A stretch of 64,000 bases of DNA from Iphione sp. A-MEVVRFRX5. Lineage: Eukaryota. Made by a program: the position numbers and the translations under genes. A model generated the notes under the pieces. The model worked only from the letters and a program-made list of their open reading frames with translations, did not search any database and was not told where the DNA came from. Location of the stretch: NCBI GenBank assembly GCA_976226885.1, contig OZ320313.1, forward strand, positions 67,642,001 through 67,706,000. The letters run 5' to 3'. Below, in pieces: positions 12,921 to 24,738 of this stretch (position 1 is its first letter; each line of letters opens with the position of its first letter).

Positions 12921-15613
12921 GAGAGTAGGCTAAACTTAAATGCCTGTCACGATACAGAGCCGTATTCACCTACGTAAATTTTTATTTTTAAAAAATAAAC
13001 CAGGAAAAATACATTCTCTACATACATACATATCACCACACAAGACCCAAACACGGACACTGAAGCTAGGTTACATAGATATGCAGCTGTGTGTTTCCCC
13101 TAATCACTGTGCAAATGTCTCCACTGATTGGCATGGAGAACACATGTGCGAGTACATGGAAAGCGCAAGTACGGACAGCAGATACATATACGTGCACATG
13201 GAAATTTCGGCAAACAGTCAACGTGTGTATATTTTATCAGTGAACGGGTATAATACGAATCTCTGGACGTCGTTTTGTTCTCCTGCGTGAGCTCCAATCC
13301 ATACTTCTGAAGGCAAGAGGATTATTACATCAAAAGCACCAGCCATCTCACCAACAGCACCATCTCATCCAGTGAAAGGAAATCCTCCTGGGTTAGCGCG
13401 TCTGAGGGCTCTTCTTGCATTATTAACCCCGAGTCGAGTGGCAACAAAATGTGATACCTGCAACAAGACGCCCTCCGACAGAGTCGCACATTATTTCCTA
13501 AGAAACATCCCTTCGTTGAACTCACCCCCTCCCCCACCTCTCTATTTACGCATGTGCGTGCCGGATTATGACCAGCGTTCACACTTGTTTCCGGCGCTGC
13601 CAGGGTGCAGCCAGATGCTGCGGGTAGCCTTGTTATGATAAACGAGCCATGTTTCTCGACGTGTGCACGTGCTTGGCTGCAGGCGGTCTAATACCACACG
13701 GTACGATCTGTGTACACACGCCGGCTAATGAATGCGCGCGCGCCCTCTACCGTCTGACCTCCTCCCTCATCTGCATTGCTCTACAGGTGCAAGGTCCTGT
13801 CTAACGACGATATTCCCTCTTCCCTCCCCCCCCCCCTTTACCCGCCCAACGAATCCCTGAGAAAAAAAGGTGGTGTGTGTGCGCACGCCTGAAGGGTCTT
13901 TGACGATACCCAGTGATACGCCAAGCATAAGTACACAATAACATGCATATTCGATGATGAACGGGCACTACATCGGAAAGCAATGATTTGGCTGTCATCA
14001 AATCCCCCATCTTTCCTACCAAGCAGACCAACAGACACCACCCCTTCCTTTCCAGGAGGTAGCGGTGCACATCTAACTATGCTCTAACTGCGTTCTGCTT
14101 TAACAAAGTTTAAGCTTCTACTTCCAGGCGGCGATCATATTAAAAGGATGAAATGCGATTAAAACCATTTTCAGCTACAACACGCTCGCAATTAATCAGA
14201 GCCCCGGACATTGTCAAACCAGGTACATAGGCTTGGCACGAATAGCCTTCACACAGCGGATAGTAATTTGCAGCAGTTGGTCTCAACTAATTAGATCTGC
14301 GCCAATTAAGCCAGGAATGGTCTATGTTGTATGAGCATCTGCACAGAACCAGGTCTGCGCATTGCATACATAAGGGATCATCCCGCCAAAGCGAAGTAGC
14401 CAGTCCAATTATTTAAGCAACACACGCACGCACCAATAATGAATACAACATTAGACTTTTCAATTCAGTCTCCTTGACGTAGCATTTGTACTGACGATCC
14501 GCTTATCTCTAGTCTACATCTTTGGTTTCAATGGGGGGGAAAACTCTAGCTGAACCTAGTGGTTGAAGGATATATATACATGTATATGTATATCTATAAT
14601 TGTCCGGATACTATTAGAAATGTATTTTGACAAAGGCAGGCCATCAACAAGATAAAATCACAGGTATACAGCTTAACAGATTTTTTTCGCAAGGGACGGA
14701 TGGGGGCTGGGCTATGTGCGACTATATGGGATGTGAACATGTCTACCTTGGGTGATAAGGTTGCGTAAAACGGAATCCATTGCACGATGTGGTATATAAG
14801 ATTGGGCAATGAATTCATGTGACCAGTGTGTCTAGGCGAGCGTATACGTTACATACAGCGACCTGCCTTCCATCCCATTAACAATAACACCATGGTTGGG
14901 CAAACCCAACCGGATTATGGTGTGGTAATGACTGTGGAAAATAGACCCCCGCAGGACGTTAGCAATCTTTCCGCTCTCACAAGACATCCTGCACCGTAGC
15001 CGTACTGATTGCATCCAAAACACTTCACAATGTTGATCTCTCGCCTTTCATCTGGCATTGAAATCTATCCGGGATGTCATTAAGACCCTTCTTCGGTTCG
15101 CTGAGCTCTAGCCCCGGATGTTCTTTTAGCGGCGCTCACCCAAGGCTGTCTTCAACGCCTTCTCTCTCTCTCCACCAGCGCCTTTTCATCTGCATCTTCG
15201 ACCAAGCACTTCCTAAGAATAAATCTCATCAATTCCGATCAAAGGAGTTTCATTCCACACAAAAATCAGATTGAACGCCCCCCCGCCCCCCGTCGTCTGA
15301 AGCACGATCCGATCAGCGTTGTCGAAAGGAATAGATGGTATTGTACAAAATCACCAGAACACACGCGGGCGCACGCACATATACTTAAAACAATGACGTC
15401 GCTTGTTCACAGACGACAGACACTGGGGGGAGGGGGCAATATTAGCAAACTGAGAGAGCTCTTTACTCGAATTTCCGCTGGTAACATTCTTATGTACATG
15501 TATTATTAAGCATAACAGTTTTCCACTCGGTATCATTCGTACTACATGTATATATCGACAAGCTTGACACACACCACGCGTGTAGAGCTCAAGTTATTAC
15601 GCCGTAAAATTAC

Positions 15614-15716
15614 CCTTCATACATGTATACGATATGTACATACAACTGAAAATTCAAAAGCTTTCCCCATTATTAGTCTAGACGGCTACATTACCTAAGA
15701 ACAGTAAATGGAAACA
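15614..15716 (-). other. Weaker AG|GT (recursive-site-like) junction
   Basis: Minus: tgtttccatttactgttctTAG|GTAATG at 15695/15694; downstream donor AGG|GTAATT at 15613. Confidence 0.25.
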
Positions 15717-16689
15717 GCTGCTACATGGGCCACATACGAGCAAATGCTGCTTTCCCTTCTCTTCGTGCAAAATGCGTCTTTCTTAAAGCTCAACCCCTAG
15801 GCGGCCAAATTGTAAAGGACTCTTGCCTCTGGTAATTCCTAGATATTCTTCCAAATTCCCTACAGAAGATGGGAAGTGAGAATGCTTACTCGTGTCCACC
15901 TGTCTAGACAATCTTCAAGTCGACAGATGGAAATTTGGCCGAGTGAGAGGAGGCAAGCGTACAGCAGGGTACTCACGCAAAAGGAACATATGGGAGCGTA
16001 CTTAAATGTCAAGTTTTCAACTTTACAGTTCAAGCTAGACTGTTATCATAAGACAAGACAGAATACGAGTATTCCAAATATATATACATGATTGCATTCT
16101 GTTACACTCTTGTTCGTCTCACGGGAGCAATTTTTGTTTATCAGCAGCGACGAGGTAACTTTAAATTCAATTATGCGTAAATGACATTCACGTCTACAGC
16201 AATATATATTACATTCATCGCGCTAGTTCATTGGAATTTCACTCACAAAAGTGTGGACGGGGGCTAGTATTTTTCAGTTGGGCTGCCTTGAATTAACGAT
16301 GAATGCATCAGAATAGTGATGCCCGCTGCAGATCCGACGGCGTCTTCTTCGTGGGCTTCAGCAGTATGAATAGTCAATCAGCTTGTGACGGAGTCCTTTG
16401 GTTCACATCGACGGTGAAATATTTCGACGGGTAGGATTTGTTGTTGGTCCGTTCGTATTGCAGACACAGAGAGACGGGAATAGCGGTAACAAAAACGCAA
16501 AGGGTCCATCTATGGACAGCAGAGTGGATATTCTCATGTGCCGAAGGAAGAAACGTGGATTCCTTTCGTATATATATAACAAGTGGGGCAAAGAAAGCGA
16601 TATGTACGAGAGACATTTTAACGTGATGGTGTGCAGAGGAGTTTATGGCGGACTGAAAGTGTGAGAGGATGAGTGGGTTAATGATAGCG

Positions 16690-17360
16690 ACGATAAAATT
16701 CTAAAGGGAGATTAGATTCTATTTTAACAACAAAAGGTTGAATAATATTTTCTTGAAGTAAATTATGAAGGGATTCCAGCAGGACTAAGAGGTATGAGGA
16801 AAATAATGATCGTGTTCGATGATTCTCCCGGTCATAGAGTATGCTAGCATTCATGAGATTAATGGGCATACGTAAAGCTGTTATTAACTTAGCGTTTGAA
16901 TACAAGAAATTTACTAAGAAGGAAGTGACAGCAGATTTTTTTATGATAAGGGACCAAAAAATGCTTAAGATATGCTATGATGTAGTGGAACCTATAGATA
17001 GGGCCGGAGTCACTAGAGGTTGTTTAAGGAAGAGGGTACGCATAGCAAAACCGAACAAGGAAATGTTTAAGAGGACAATACGGTATGTAATGATGCAATT
17101 ATGGGAAAAATTACCAATAAATATTTCTATGTTAGCGAGGAAGGATTATATTACTAGTTTTAGGGTGACCATATGCCCTTTCGTATAAGTACAGTGAGTA
17201 AGGAGGAGGTATGGGGTAAAGCCGCTACCTTAATGTAAATCGACCTGGGGTGAAGCCGCAATCGGATATATGTGTGTTGGTCAGAAAATTTGTATGTGAT
17301 GTGAGTATACATGTAGTTAAAATTTGAGCCTAAGGGACATATGGGGTTAAGCCGCTGCGT
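16690..17360 (+). mobile_element. Old 5'-truncated LINE (L2/Crack-like) 3' fragment
   Basis: Frameshifted RT C-terminus: LKGRLDSILT (cf. YLG..LD..L.F), LRGMRKIM, MILPVIEYAS (cf. Y...ILP.lEY), then TRGCLRKRVRIAKPNKEMFKRTIRYVMMQLWEKLPINI ending at 17188 (cf. FK.S..Y....LWN.LP). Followed by a putative 3' UTR. Confidence 0.7.
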
Positions 17361-19939
17361 CGAATAATCAAATTTCAATATGTAACTGTTAACATGGTAA
17401 GCCATTTCATTAACAAAATTAGATGTTTTCATATAAAGATGTTGTTTGAGGACATGGATTCTATATGTACATACAGCTATGTATAAATTCCCAGCGTAAA
17501 TAAAGACTTTTAAACAAATGAGCAGGCTCATAATGTGTGCTTGGAACGCTGGTAAAAGGCATCTCTTGGGTCCAGTGAAATTCACGTACATGCAGATATA
17601 TATCTGTATATTTCATATCTAATTCTTATGTGCAATACTGCATGTAGTAAAGGAGTATGTATGGCCATTTAAAGTGGCTGAGGCAGCCCCCCCCCCCCGC
17701 CCTTTTTTCCAGTTCAATGCATGGAAAGTAGAACTTGCATCATTCCTGGGGTTCCCGTCCGTTTCTGGCACAGGCTCTGTTCATAACACTTCATGTACCT
17801 CCCCCACGAAATGATGAGAATCATAAGCGGTCCAAAAGAGATTGGATCCAGACAGTCTAGAACAAGGAGAAGTGATGGGTAATCAGGAGGAAGGTGGTCT
17901 TTTCTACAGGTTTTCTGACCTTTTGAAAGTTGATCTTTAGATGAAGTGTATAGGAGAGCACCTGCTCCCCGTACACATCGTCAATTCTGACTGTAAGCTA
18001 AGATGGATCATAATGGAAACCTATCAAAGAGCGAAACGAGCGATTATGCCCTGTTCTCCCGGCTGATTTCATTCAAATGCATCCTGGAGAAGGAGACATT
18101 GATACAAGTATTTGCAAAATACTAATTTCTGTAAGATACTGGTTAATTATTATTCTTTCTAAAGACATACTGATAAAGTAACATGTGGTTGAGAGTATCG
18201 AGTAGCCATCAAGTGGGAAAAAGATTACAACGGTCTAATGAATCGCACTGAAAAAGATTCATAATTGTATCTAAACGTACGCACCATAAAGAGAATGTCT
18301 ATCGATCATTCCAACCTTCTGAAAGACGGAAACGCGATGGAAAAGCCAAAAGAAGCGCCTTTGTTAGCAAATCGAATGAAAACAGATAATGACAAGGATC
18401 CCGGGAGGAAATCTTCACCACTTTGAGCGACTTTCGGGCGCGTCTCCGTCTTCGAGCAGCCTCTAATTCCTACTGCTGATAGATTTCTCGCACACAAAGA
18501 CAGTGTGGTCTCTGTGAAACGGAGCCAGGCACCGCGCTTCTCCACTACATCCCGGACACTTCAAAGCCCCCAGTCGCTTCTTCATTGTCATTTGATTTGA
18601 AGGCCGGGAGGGAAATTAATTGGGTTTGCCCCGGCGTGATCGATTGTTTTCACTGGCTCGCATTCCGAATAGGACGCGCTGACTTCCTGCTTTATTAGCA
18701 GGTGACATAGGAATGGCGCAGGGAACGATGGACCTCCAATTGTAATCGCATCGAACTGGCAGTTCGGCGACGACTTCCAGCCAAGGCGCGAGAAACCCCC
18801 TGCGTTGCCATGATAGGCCACGTTACGATGAGCCTAAAGTGTTTTTTCAATCTTTTGTTTTTTGTTCAAAACACATAAATAACATCTCTGGTTGGTTTAA
18901 TTATGAAGCGCCGTTCTACTGACGTTCAAGAAGGAAACATTGGTGTCGATGATGAGATGCATTGCAGTCGGGCTGCAAGATTATCGCGTTTTGCTCAGCT
19001 GAGAATTCCAAGAAACATGGCTTTCGTTTATCGGTTAAAACGAACCTAGGGGCAAAAAAAGTGCATACTACATGATTGTGGCATGATATTTCTCCAGCAA
19101 GCTCCTTCTAAAGATGTAAACCGAGTTCGCCATCTTCAAACTGACAGATACATCCGTATTTCCATGAACTCTCAATCAATTCAATTACCATCGGTCCTGG
19201 AATTACTGTATTATATAAACGGGGGAAAAATACACTCCCCAAATCACCCACAGGAATGTGGTGGTCACTAACATGGGATGTGGCGCCATTAGTCCCCTTG
19301 CCAACCCGTCTGAGGTTCGGCAGTGAGTGTTTGATGTGGAAATAGGGCCTCATTCACAGTCCCCGAAGCATGATTTTCCACTCGCTGCTGCGACCAGAGA
19401 AGCCCTATCTGACGCGGACAGTCAAGGCCGAGGGCCTTTCATCCTCTGGCCCTGCGGCCGACCAAGCGAATCTTTGACTACTTACCGTCGGCGCAGCACT
19501 ACTCCCTTCTCCTTTTTGGAATCTTAATCCCTAGGTGTTTTTTTTTTATTTTGCTTCCTTTTTCTCGCTTTTTTTCATTGTATTCACGTTTTGTCCACCT
19601 CTCTTCAGTTACAGGCATCGGAATCGTTCAAGTGGCGTTGTGGTGACGACTGTAGCGATGTGGTTGGAGCATAATGACTCGAGGTACCGACTAACTTCGC
19701 CCACAAAACGTCAATTCTGTTTTGTTTTTCATCAAAGTGCTCGTCTAAATAAATACACGCCATGTGATAACTGTGAGAGTTGTTTTTTTAAACATGTAAA
19801 TGTATGAATAATGTAATATTTCACATAGATCAACGAGATAGAGAAGGCTGGAAAGAGACGAGGAAAGAAACGAAAGGAAAAGAGAAAGAAACAATAGTTT
19901 GACGGTTAAGGTCCACAATTAGTTAAATTAAGGTTACAC

Positions 19940-19951
19940 AAAACACATCAG
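19940..19951 (+). repeat. Probable 5' copy of LINE target-site duplication (AAAACACATCAG)
   Basis: 11/12 identical to AAAACATATCAG at 24789-24800, which overlaps the end of the poly-A tail; about 190 bp upstream of ORF1. Confidence 0.55.
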
Positions 19952-20050
19952 AATGACAAACTAAAGGACCTAGGGGCTCGTTGGTAGCAGTGAGCCTTCC
20001 GGCAAGTGCGGCGGCCATGATTAGGCGTAACACTACGTGGGTTCAGTCCA

Positions 20051-20143
20051 ATGCGCAGAGAATACCCTGGCAGCAACTGGCTTGGTCTCATTCTTGAGAA
20101 AGTAAGAGGAAAAATACGAGCAGCAGCGCCACAGAGTGAATAA
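20051..20143 (+). CDS. 30-aa basic uORF (MRREYPGSNWLGLILEKVRGKIRAAAPQSE) whose TAA overlaps the ORF1 ATG
   Basis: ATG 20051, TAA 20141-20143, ORF1 ATG 20143-20145 (TAATG). Translation not demonstrated. Confidence 0.35.
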   Translation: MRREYPGSNWLGLILEKVRGKIRAAAPQSE

Positions 20144-20832
20144 TGTATGAAGTTGATCCAAACTCTATCCCTCTGCCGGTTCGATTTTTCACGGACTCAC
20201 ATGGAAAGAATCTACATCGTGGACTCATTCGAAATGGGCTCAATTGCCCCTTCCACATATTTCCAGGAGCAAATATAAAAAGGTTGGTTAGGGAAATAAC
20301 TTCTCTTGACTTTCATGACCGTCCGATGTATGTTGTCCTAATTGTAGGCACTAACGACTTGACACGACTTGAACGAAATGCATTACTCCCAAATGGTATG
20401 AGAGGGAGACAAATCTCAGTTACTGAAATTGATCCCTATGTAAACAGTGAAGCTTATATGAGCAAAATTCATGATGCCTATGAAATTATCTCTAAACATC
20501 TACCATATACTCATGTAATTTTCTCTCAACTTTTCGCACCTGATTTGTCGAAATACAATTCTCACATAAGTGGTGGAGTCATTTCAGATACTGGTGACCC
20601 GTCGCAGAGGGCATTGAATCGTGCTGCACACATAATAAATAGGCAAATCATCTCGTTCAATGGGCGCCATGGCCAACCTACGCCAATGACAGGATGCATT
20701 ATCCACGGCCGTTCAAATGGGCGTGATACGAACAAGATGAACAAGTACATTGATGGGTGTCACCTGAACTCACAAGGTCGGCTTGAAATGGTTACATCAT
20801 TGGTGAAGTTTATCGGACGATTGGGAATTTGA
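20143..20832 (+). CDS. LINE ORF1p, SGNH/GDSL-type esterase (229 aa)
   Basis: All four SGNH blocks present: FFTDS(19)HG, FPG(42)AN, IVGTN(71)D, D(204)GCH(207). In-frame TGA at 20137-20139 limits it upstream. Confidence 0.85.
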   Translation: MYEVDPNSIPLPVRFFTDSHGKNLHRGLIRNGLNCPFHIFPGANIKRLVREITSLDFHDRPMYVVLIVGTNDLTRLERNALLPNGMRGRQISVTEIDPYVNSEAYMSKIHDAYEIISKHLPYTHVIFSQLFAPDLSKYNSHISGGVISDTGDPSQRALNRAAHIINRQIISFNGRHGQPTPMTGCIIHGRSNGRDTNKMNKYIDGCHLNSQGRLEMVTSLVKFIGRLGI

Positions 20833-21336
20833 TACCCAATATGTGTATCATGTGATCTGCAGCATCTATTGATACCGTAACTTGCAAGACATGTGTTAAG
20901 ACTCAACTATTACCGGCAACACCAAACACATGGACAGTTAGTTAAATAACTTTTGACTGGTATCCTGGTCCAATTGTGAGTATACTCGATAACAACAAAT
21001 ATATGAACAGTTACCAGCTTATCCTTACCAAGGTATCTTATTTTTACCATTGAGATTGACGTTGTAATCAAAATGTTCACCAGCCATCATATGCCCGTTA
21101 TATTCGTAAGACTAATTGTATTACAGCAGAACGCCAATGTGAAATACTCTAATGATATCCCATTGTATTTCTCATGCCTATCAGCTGCTCACTGTCCCAC
21201 TATCATAGCATATGCCTCTCTGCTCTTTGCCGTGATATACTACTCCCGGTGACTGTACAAACTTGTCAGAAGTATGAACTGGCTGAGCAGGAACAAATGT
21301 CATAATGCCAACAATTCTCAGTAGCGACACAATAGT

Positions 21337-21562
21337 AGTGTCTCCTCTATGAGACACTCATCAATATATCCAAACTCATTCTCAATAACACCCTGGTCTC
21401 CTCTATTGAGACCGGTGACAATTATTGATTGAACTCCTCTTTGAGTTCCCGACAGTAATGTCACAAATAAAAAGAATGCTACCTACTGAGTTTTCTTCTG
21501 GTTAAATGGCAATTCCCCCTCGGCATGCTAGCATGCTAGCATATTAGCTCCTTCTGCTAGTA
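21337..21562 (+). other. Array of 3-4 stem-loops with pyrimidine loops in the LINE inter-ORF spacer
   Basis: AGTGTCTC-ctctat-GAGACACT (21337-58), CTGGTCTC-ctctatt-GAGACCGG (21393-415), GAACTC-ctcttt-GAGTTC (21431-48), and weaker TATTAGC-tccttct-GCTAGTA (21542-62). Confidence 0.6.
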
Positions 21563-21690
21563 ATACCACGTTATGTCTTACGTGGTATTGAGTTGTTGTA
21601 CAAATATTGGTGTTTGTGTTGTTTGTTTTGTTCATGATACTCATGAAAATAGTGGCCAAAACATTTCAAATAGTATCTTATTGATGAGTA

Positions 21691-24516
21691 ATGTCTACTG
21701 CTAACAAAGATGGCACCTCTCTTAGTATAATGCATTTGAATATCCGAAGTCTGAAACCTAAAATGCTTGAATGTAGCCACTTGGTAAGCACTCTAAATCC
21801 TGATATAATGATCTTCACGGAATCATGGTTGCATACTTATATTCCGAATGAACAGATAAATCTGGATGATTATAGCCTGTTGCGATATGATAGGAAATAT
21901 GGCAAAGGAGGCGGTATCATTGTTTATTTTAAATCGTTTGTACCTCTGGAAGGTGATACGTGGAAAGACCTAAATACAAGCTGTCTGGACAGTGAGATAT
22001 CAATTACTAGCATCACACCGGCATGTGGCAATAACATCATTCTAATTGCTATTTACAGACCCCCCAAAGGAAATGTTACAAAATTTATTGATCAGTTAGA
22101 CATTATACTGGAGAGAGTTTCCCAAAACGGGGAACGTATTATACTCATAGGTGATTTCAACATAAACTTTCTTGATATTGCAAACTCAAACAGATTTGCA
22201 TTATTACATCTAGCAAGAAACTTTGAACTGACTCAACTAGTTAAGATCCCAACCCGATGTAGCTCCAGTACTAATTCATGTATTGATTTGATATTAACAA
22301 ATGAAACTGAAAACAAAAGTGCCAAGGTGATCCCTACATTCATTAGTGATCATAATGCAATATCCCTGAAGATAAATTTAACCACTGCTACTCAATCAAG
22401 ATCCCCGTTCGTATACAGGACTTGGGCTAAAGCTAACAGTGATAACTTTCAAGAATTAGTAGACAGGTTTGACTGGTCTCCTCTTTATACCATTCGAGAC
22501 CCTGACCTAAAGACAAATACTTATATAAGAATTCTGATTGAGATGCTGAACATTGTCTCCCCCAAAAAGGTAAGTAAAAATATTCACAAACGGGACACTT
22601 GGTTATCTATTAGCACAAGATGTTTGATTAACCAAAAGAATCAAGCATATAAAAAGGCAATTAAACTGAAGTCCCCATCCCTATTTACCAAAGCTAAAAA
22701 ACTTAACAACCTATGCAAAGAAGCACTAAGAAAGGATAGATCGGATTATGTGAATGTTCAGATTGCTGAAAACAAACAAAGTCCCAAGAAGTATTGGAAT
22801 GTGCTAAAAGGTATCCTTGGTAAAAACAACAAGTCGTTACCCATTAGCCTAAAGGAAAATGGCAAAGTATTAACAACTGATGTTGCAGTGAATAAATTAA
22901 ACCAACACTTTGCTACAATAGGCATATCCGAATGTGACCCCGATAACAATCTAACCACTGATTTCGTCAAAAAAAGTAATACCACTTTTTCAATAAACAC
23001 GGTTAACTTAGATTGTATTGCAAAAATAGTAAAAAATCTGAATGATTCAAAACCGTCTGGAATCCCTGAAGTCTCATTGAAAATATTAAAACCGATTCTA
23101 TTTATGACTACAAAGCAACTAACTGAAGTGATCAACACATGCCTGGAACAAAACACCTTTCCTATTATTTGGAAATCAGCCTACATTACACCACTGTATA
23201 AAAACAAAGGCAGTCGTTTTGATGCTAACTCTAATCGTCCTATAAGTATTCTTCCGGCAATGAGTAAAATTCTTGAGAGAGTCATATCAGATCAGATGAC
23301 TGAATATATTGAATACAATAATATCCTAACTGACTGTCAATATGGTTTTAGAAAAGGCAAATCAACAATAGACGCAATCAATGATGTCCTACATTACATC
23401 CACGAAGGAATAAATAACAATATGGTAGTAGGAGCGGTTTTTGTCGATTACCAAAAAGCCTTCGACAGCATTAATCATGGGATATTACTGAAGAAACTTA
23501 AGACAATGGGATTTAATGCCGCCATTCCTTTATTGCATTCATATCTAAAAGACAGAACAATAAGAACAAAAATTGGATCCGAAATTTCTGATGCACTCCC
23601 TATGAGTATTGGGGTTCCTCAAGGGAGTATTTTAGGCCCCCTCTTATTCAGTCTTTTTATTAATGATGCTATCTCAATCTTAAAACATACACATAACGTC
23701 ATGTACGCTGACGACACTATCTTGCTTATAGCAGGTAAGAGTCCAGCCTTAATTGAAAAACAATTAGCGGATGACGTCAACTGTCTTTCTGAATGGTGTA
23801 AAGTTAATGGAATTTGTATAAATGCCTCAAAAACTGAAACCATGCTCTTCTGTCATAAAAGAAGCAAATACAAAGACACCATCTTAAAAATCATGATTGA
23901 CCAAACCTTAGTTAAACACACAAGACAATATAAATACTTAGGCTTCACCTTGGACCAGCATCTAGACCTAAACCTTGAGCTTTCGCATAAAGTGTCTAAG
24001 TCATATCTAATAATGAACTTAATCCGCCACACAGCCAGAATCAATAGAAAACTAGCTATTCAGGTCTTAAAAACATATTTTATTCCTCTGTTAGAGTATG
24101 GGCTTGGTTCAGTTCATACCTACAACAGTAACATGTTCAGAAAATTGGAGCGACAGTTAGAAAAGGCTGTTAGGCTTGCAACTGGAAACTTCTCACAAAG
24201 CTTCAACACTCTTTGTATCAAATTAAAAATAATGCCTCTTGAATTGAGGAGTCAATACTTCTCACTATGCACATTTCAGAAACATCTGTATCAAACATAT
24301 ATTGTACAAAAATCAAAAACTCGTTTTAGAAAATGCTTGCTGCCACTGACGATGCCAAAGAAATGCTCCTATCGTGCAGACCCTCTGTTTATGGCTACGT
24401 CCCTCTGGAATAAGTTAGACGAACATCTGAAGGTTCCAAATAAGGAACAGTTCAAAAAACACCTGAAAGAGCAAATGTTTCGAAGGTTAATGAAAGAGAA
24501 CTGGAGAGTGTCATAA
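21691..24516 (+). CDS. LINE ORF2p: apurinic-like endonuclease + reverse transcriptase (941 aa)
   Basis: APE motifs HLNIRSL, FTESWL, GGGII, IYRPP, GDFN, IDLILT, SDH. RT motifs RPISILP, QYGFRKGKST, DYQKAFD, GVPQGSILGPLLF, YADD (23704-23715), KYLG. C-terminal LWNKL..FKKHLK typical of the CR1/L2 group. Confidence 0.97.
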   Translation: MSTANKDGTSLSIMHLNIRSLKPKMLECSHLVSTLNPDIMIFTESWLHTYIPNEQINLDDYSLLRYDRKYGKGGGIIVYFKSFVPLEGDTWKDLNTSCLDSEISITSITPACGNNIILIAIYRPPKGNVTKFIDQLDIILERVSQNGERIILIGDFNINFLDIANSNRFALLHLARNFELTQLVKIPTRCSSSTNSCIDLILTNETENKSAKVIPTFISDHNAISLKINLTTATQSRSPFVYRTWAKANSDNFQELVDRFDWSPLYTIRDPDLKTNTYIRILIEMLNIVSPKKVSKNIHKRDTWLSISTRCLINQKNQAYKKAIKLKSPSLFTKAKKLNNLCKEALRKDRSDYVNVQIAENKQSPKKYWNVLKGILGKNNKSLPISLKENGKVLTTDVAVNKLNQHFATIGISECDPDNNLTTDFVKKSNTTFSINTVNLDCIAKIVKNLNDSKPSGIPEVSLKILKPILFMTTKQLTEVINTCLEQNTFPIIWKSAYITPLYKNKGSRFDANSNRPISILPAMSKILERVISDQMTEYIEYNNILTDCQYGFRKGKSTIDAINDVLHYIHEGINNNMVVGAVFVDYQKAFDSINHGILLKKLKTMGFNAAIPLLHSYLKDRTIRTKIGSEISDALPMSIGVPQGSILGPLLFSLFINDAISILKHTHNVMYADDTILLIAGKSPALIEKQLADDVNCLSEWCKVNGICINASKTETMLFCHKRSKYKDTILKIMIDQTLVKHTRQYKYLGFTLDQHLDLNLELSHKVSKSYLIMNLIRHTARINRKLAIQVLKTYFIPLLEYGLGSVHTYNSNMFRKLERQLEKAVRLATGNFSQSFNTLCIKLKIMPLELRSQYFSLCTFQKHLYQTYIVQKSKTRFRKCLLPLTMPKKCSYRADPLFMATSLWNKLDEHLKVPNKEQFKKHLKEQMFRRLMKENWRVS

Positions 24517-24738
24517 ACACATTGAATAGTATCGCCTCTAACTCACTTTGTCTCACTGTTAAACCATTTGATGAATTGTCTCTACTTATTCTGTTTTATT
24601 GCTGTAAATATTGTATATATTGTACATATAATCTCAACTACCCAAGTAAACGAGTAAAAAGACAGTTTCTTGATGTACTGTACATAGACTGTATATAGAA
24701 TTAGTTATTAAGAAGACAAACACAAAATGTATGATTTA

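Noticed and set aside
19973-20049. tRNA-like head on the LINE (GGCTCGTTGGT start as in tRNA-Pro; GGTTCAGTCC B-box-like)
   Set aside because: No cloverleaf could be folded: the 5' GGCTC pairs locally with GAGCC, and the B-box lacks the GTTCG core.
21671-21693. TAATG also overlaps the ORF2 start codon
   Set aside because: The frame ending at that TAA has only 5 codons after a TAG and no ATG, so there is no upstream ORF to couple.
22758-24044. Antisense ORFs within ORF2 (22758-23156, 23619-23843, 23853-24044)
   Set aside because: Shadow ORFs of a real coding strand; no recognisable motifs.
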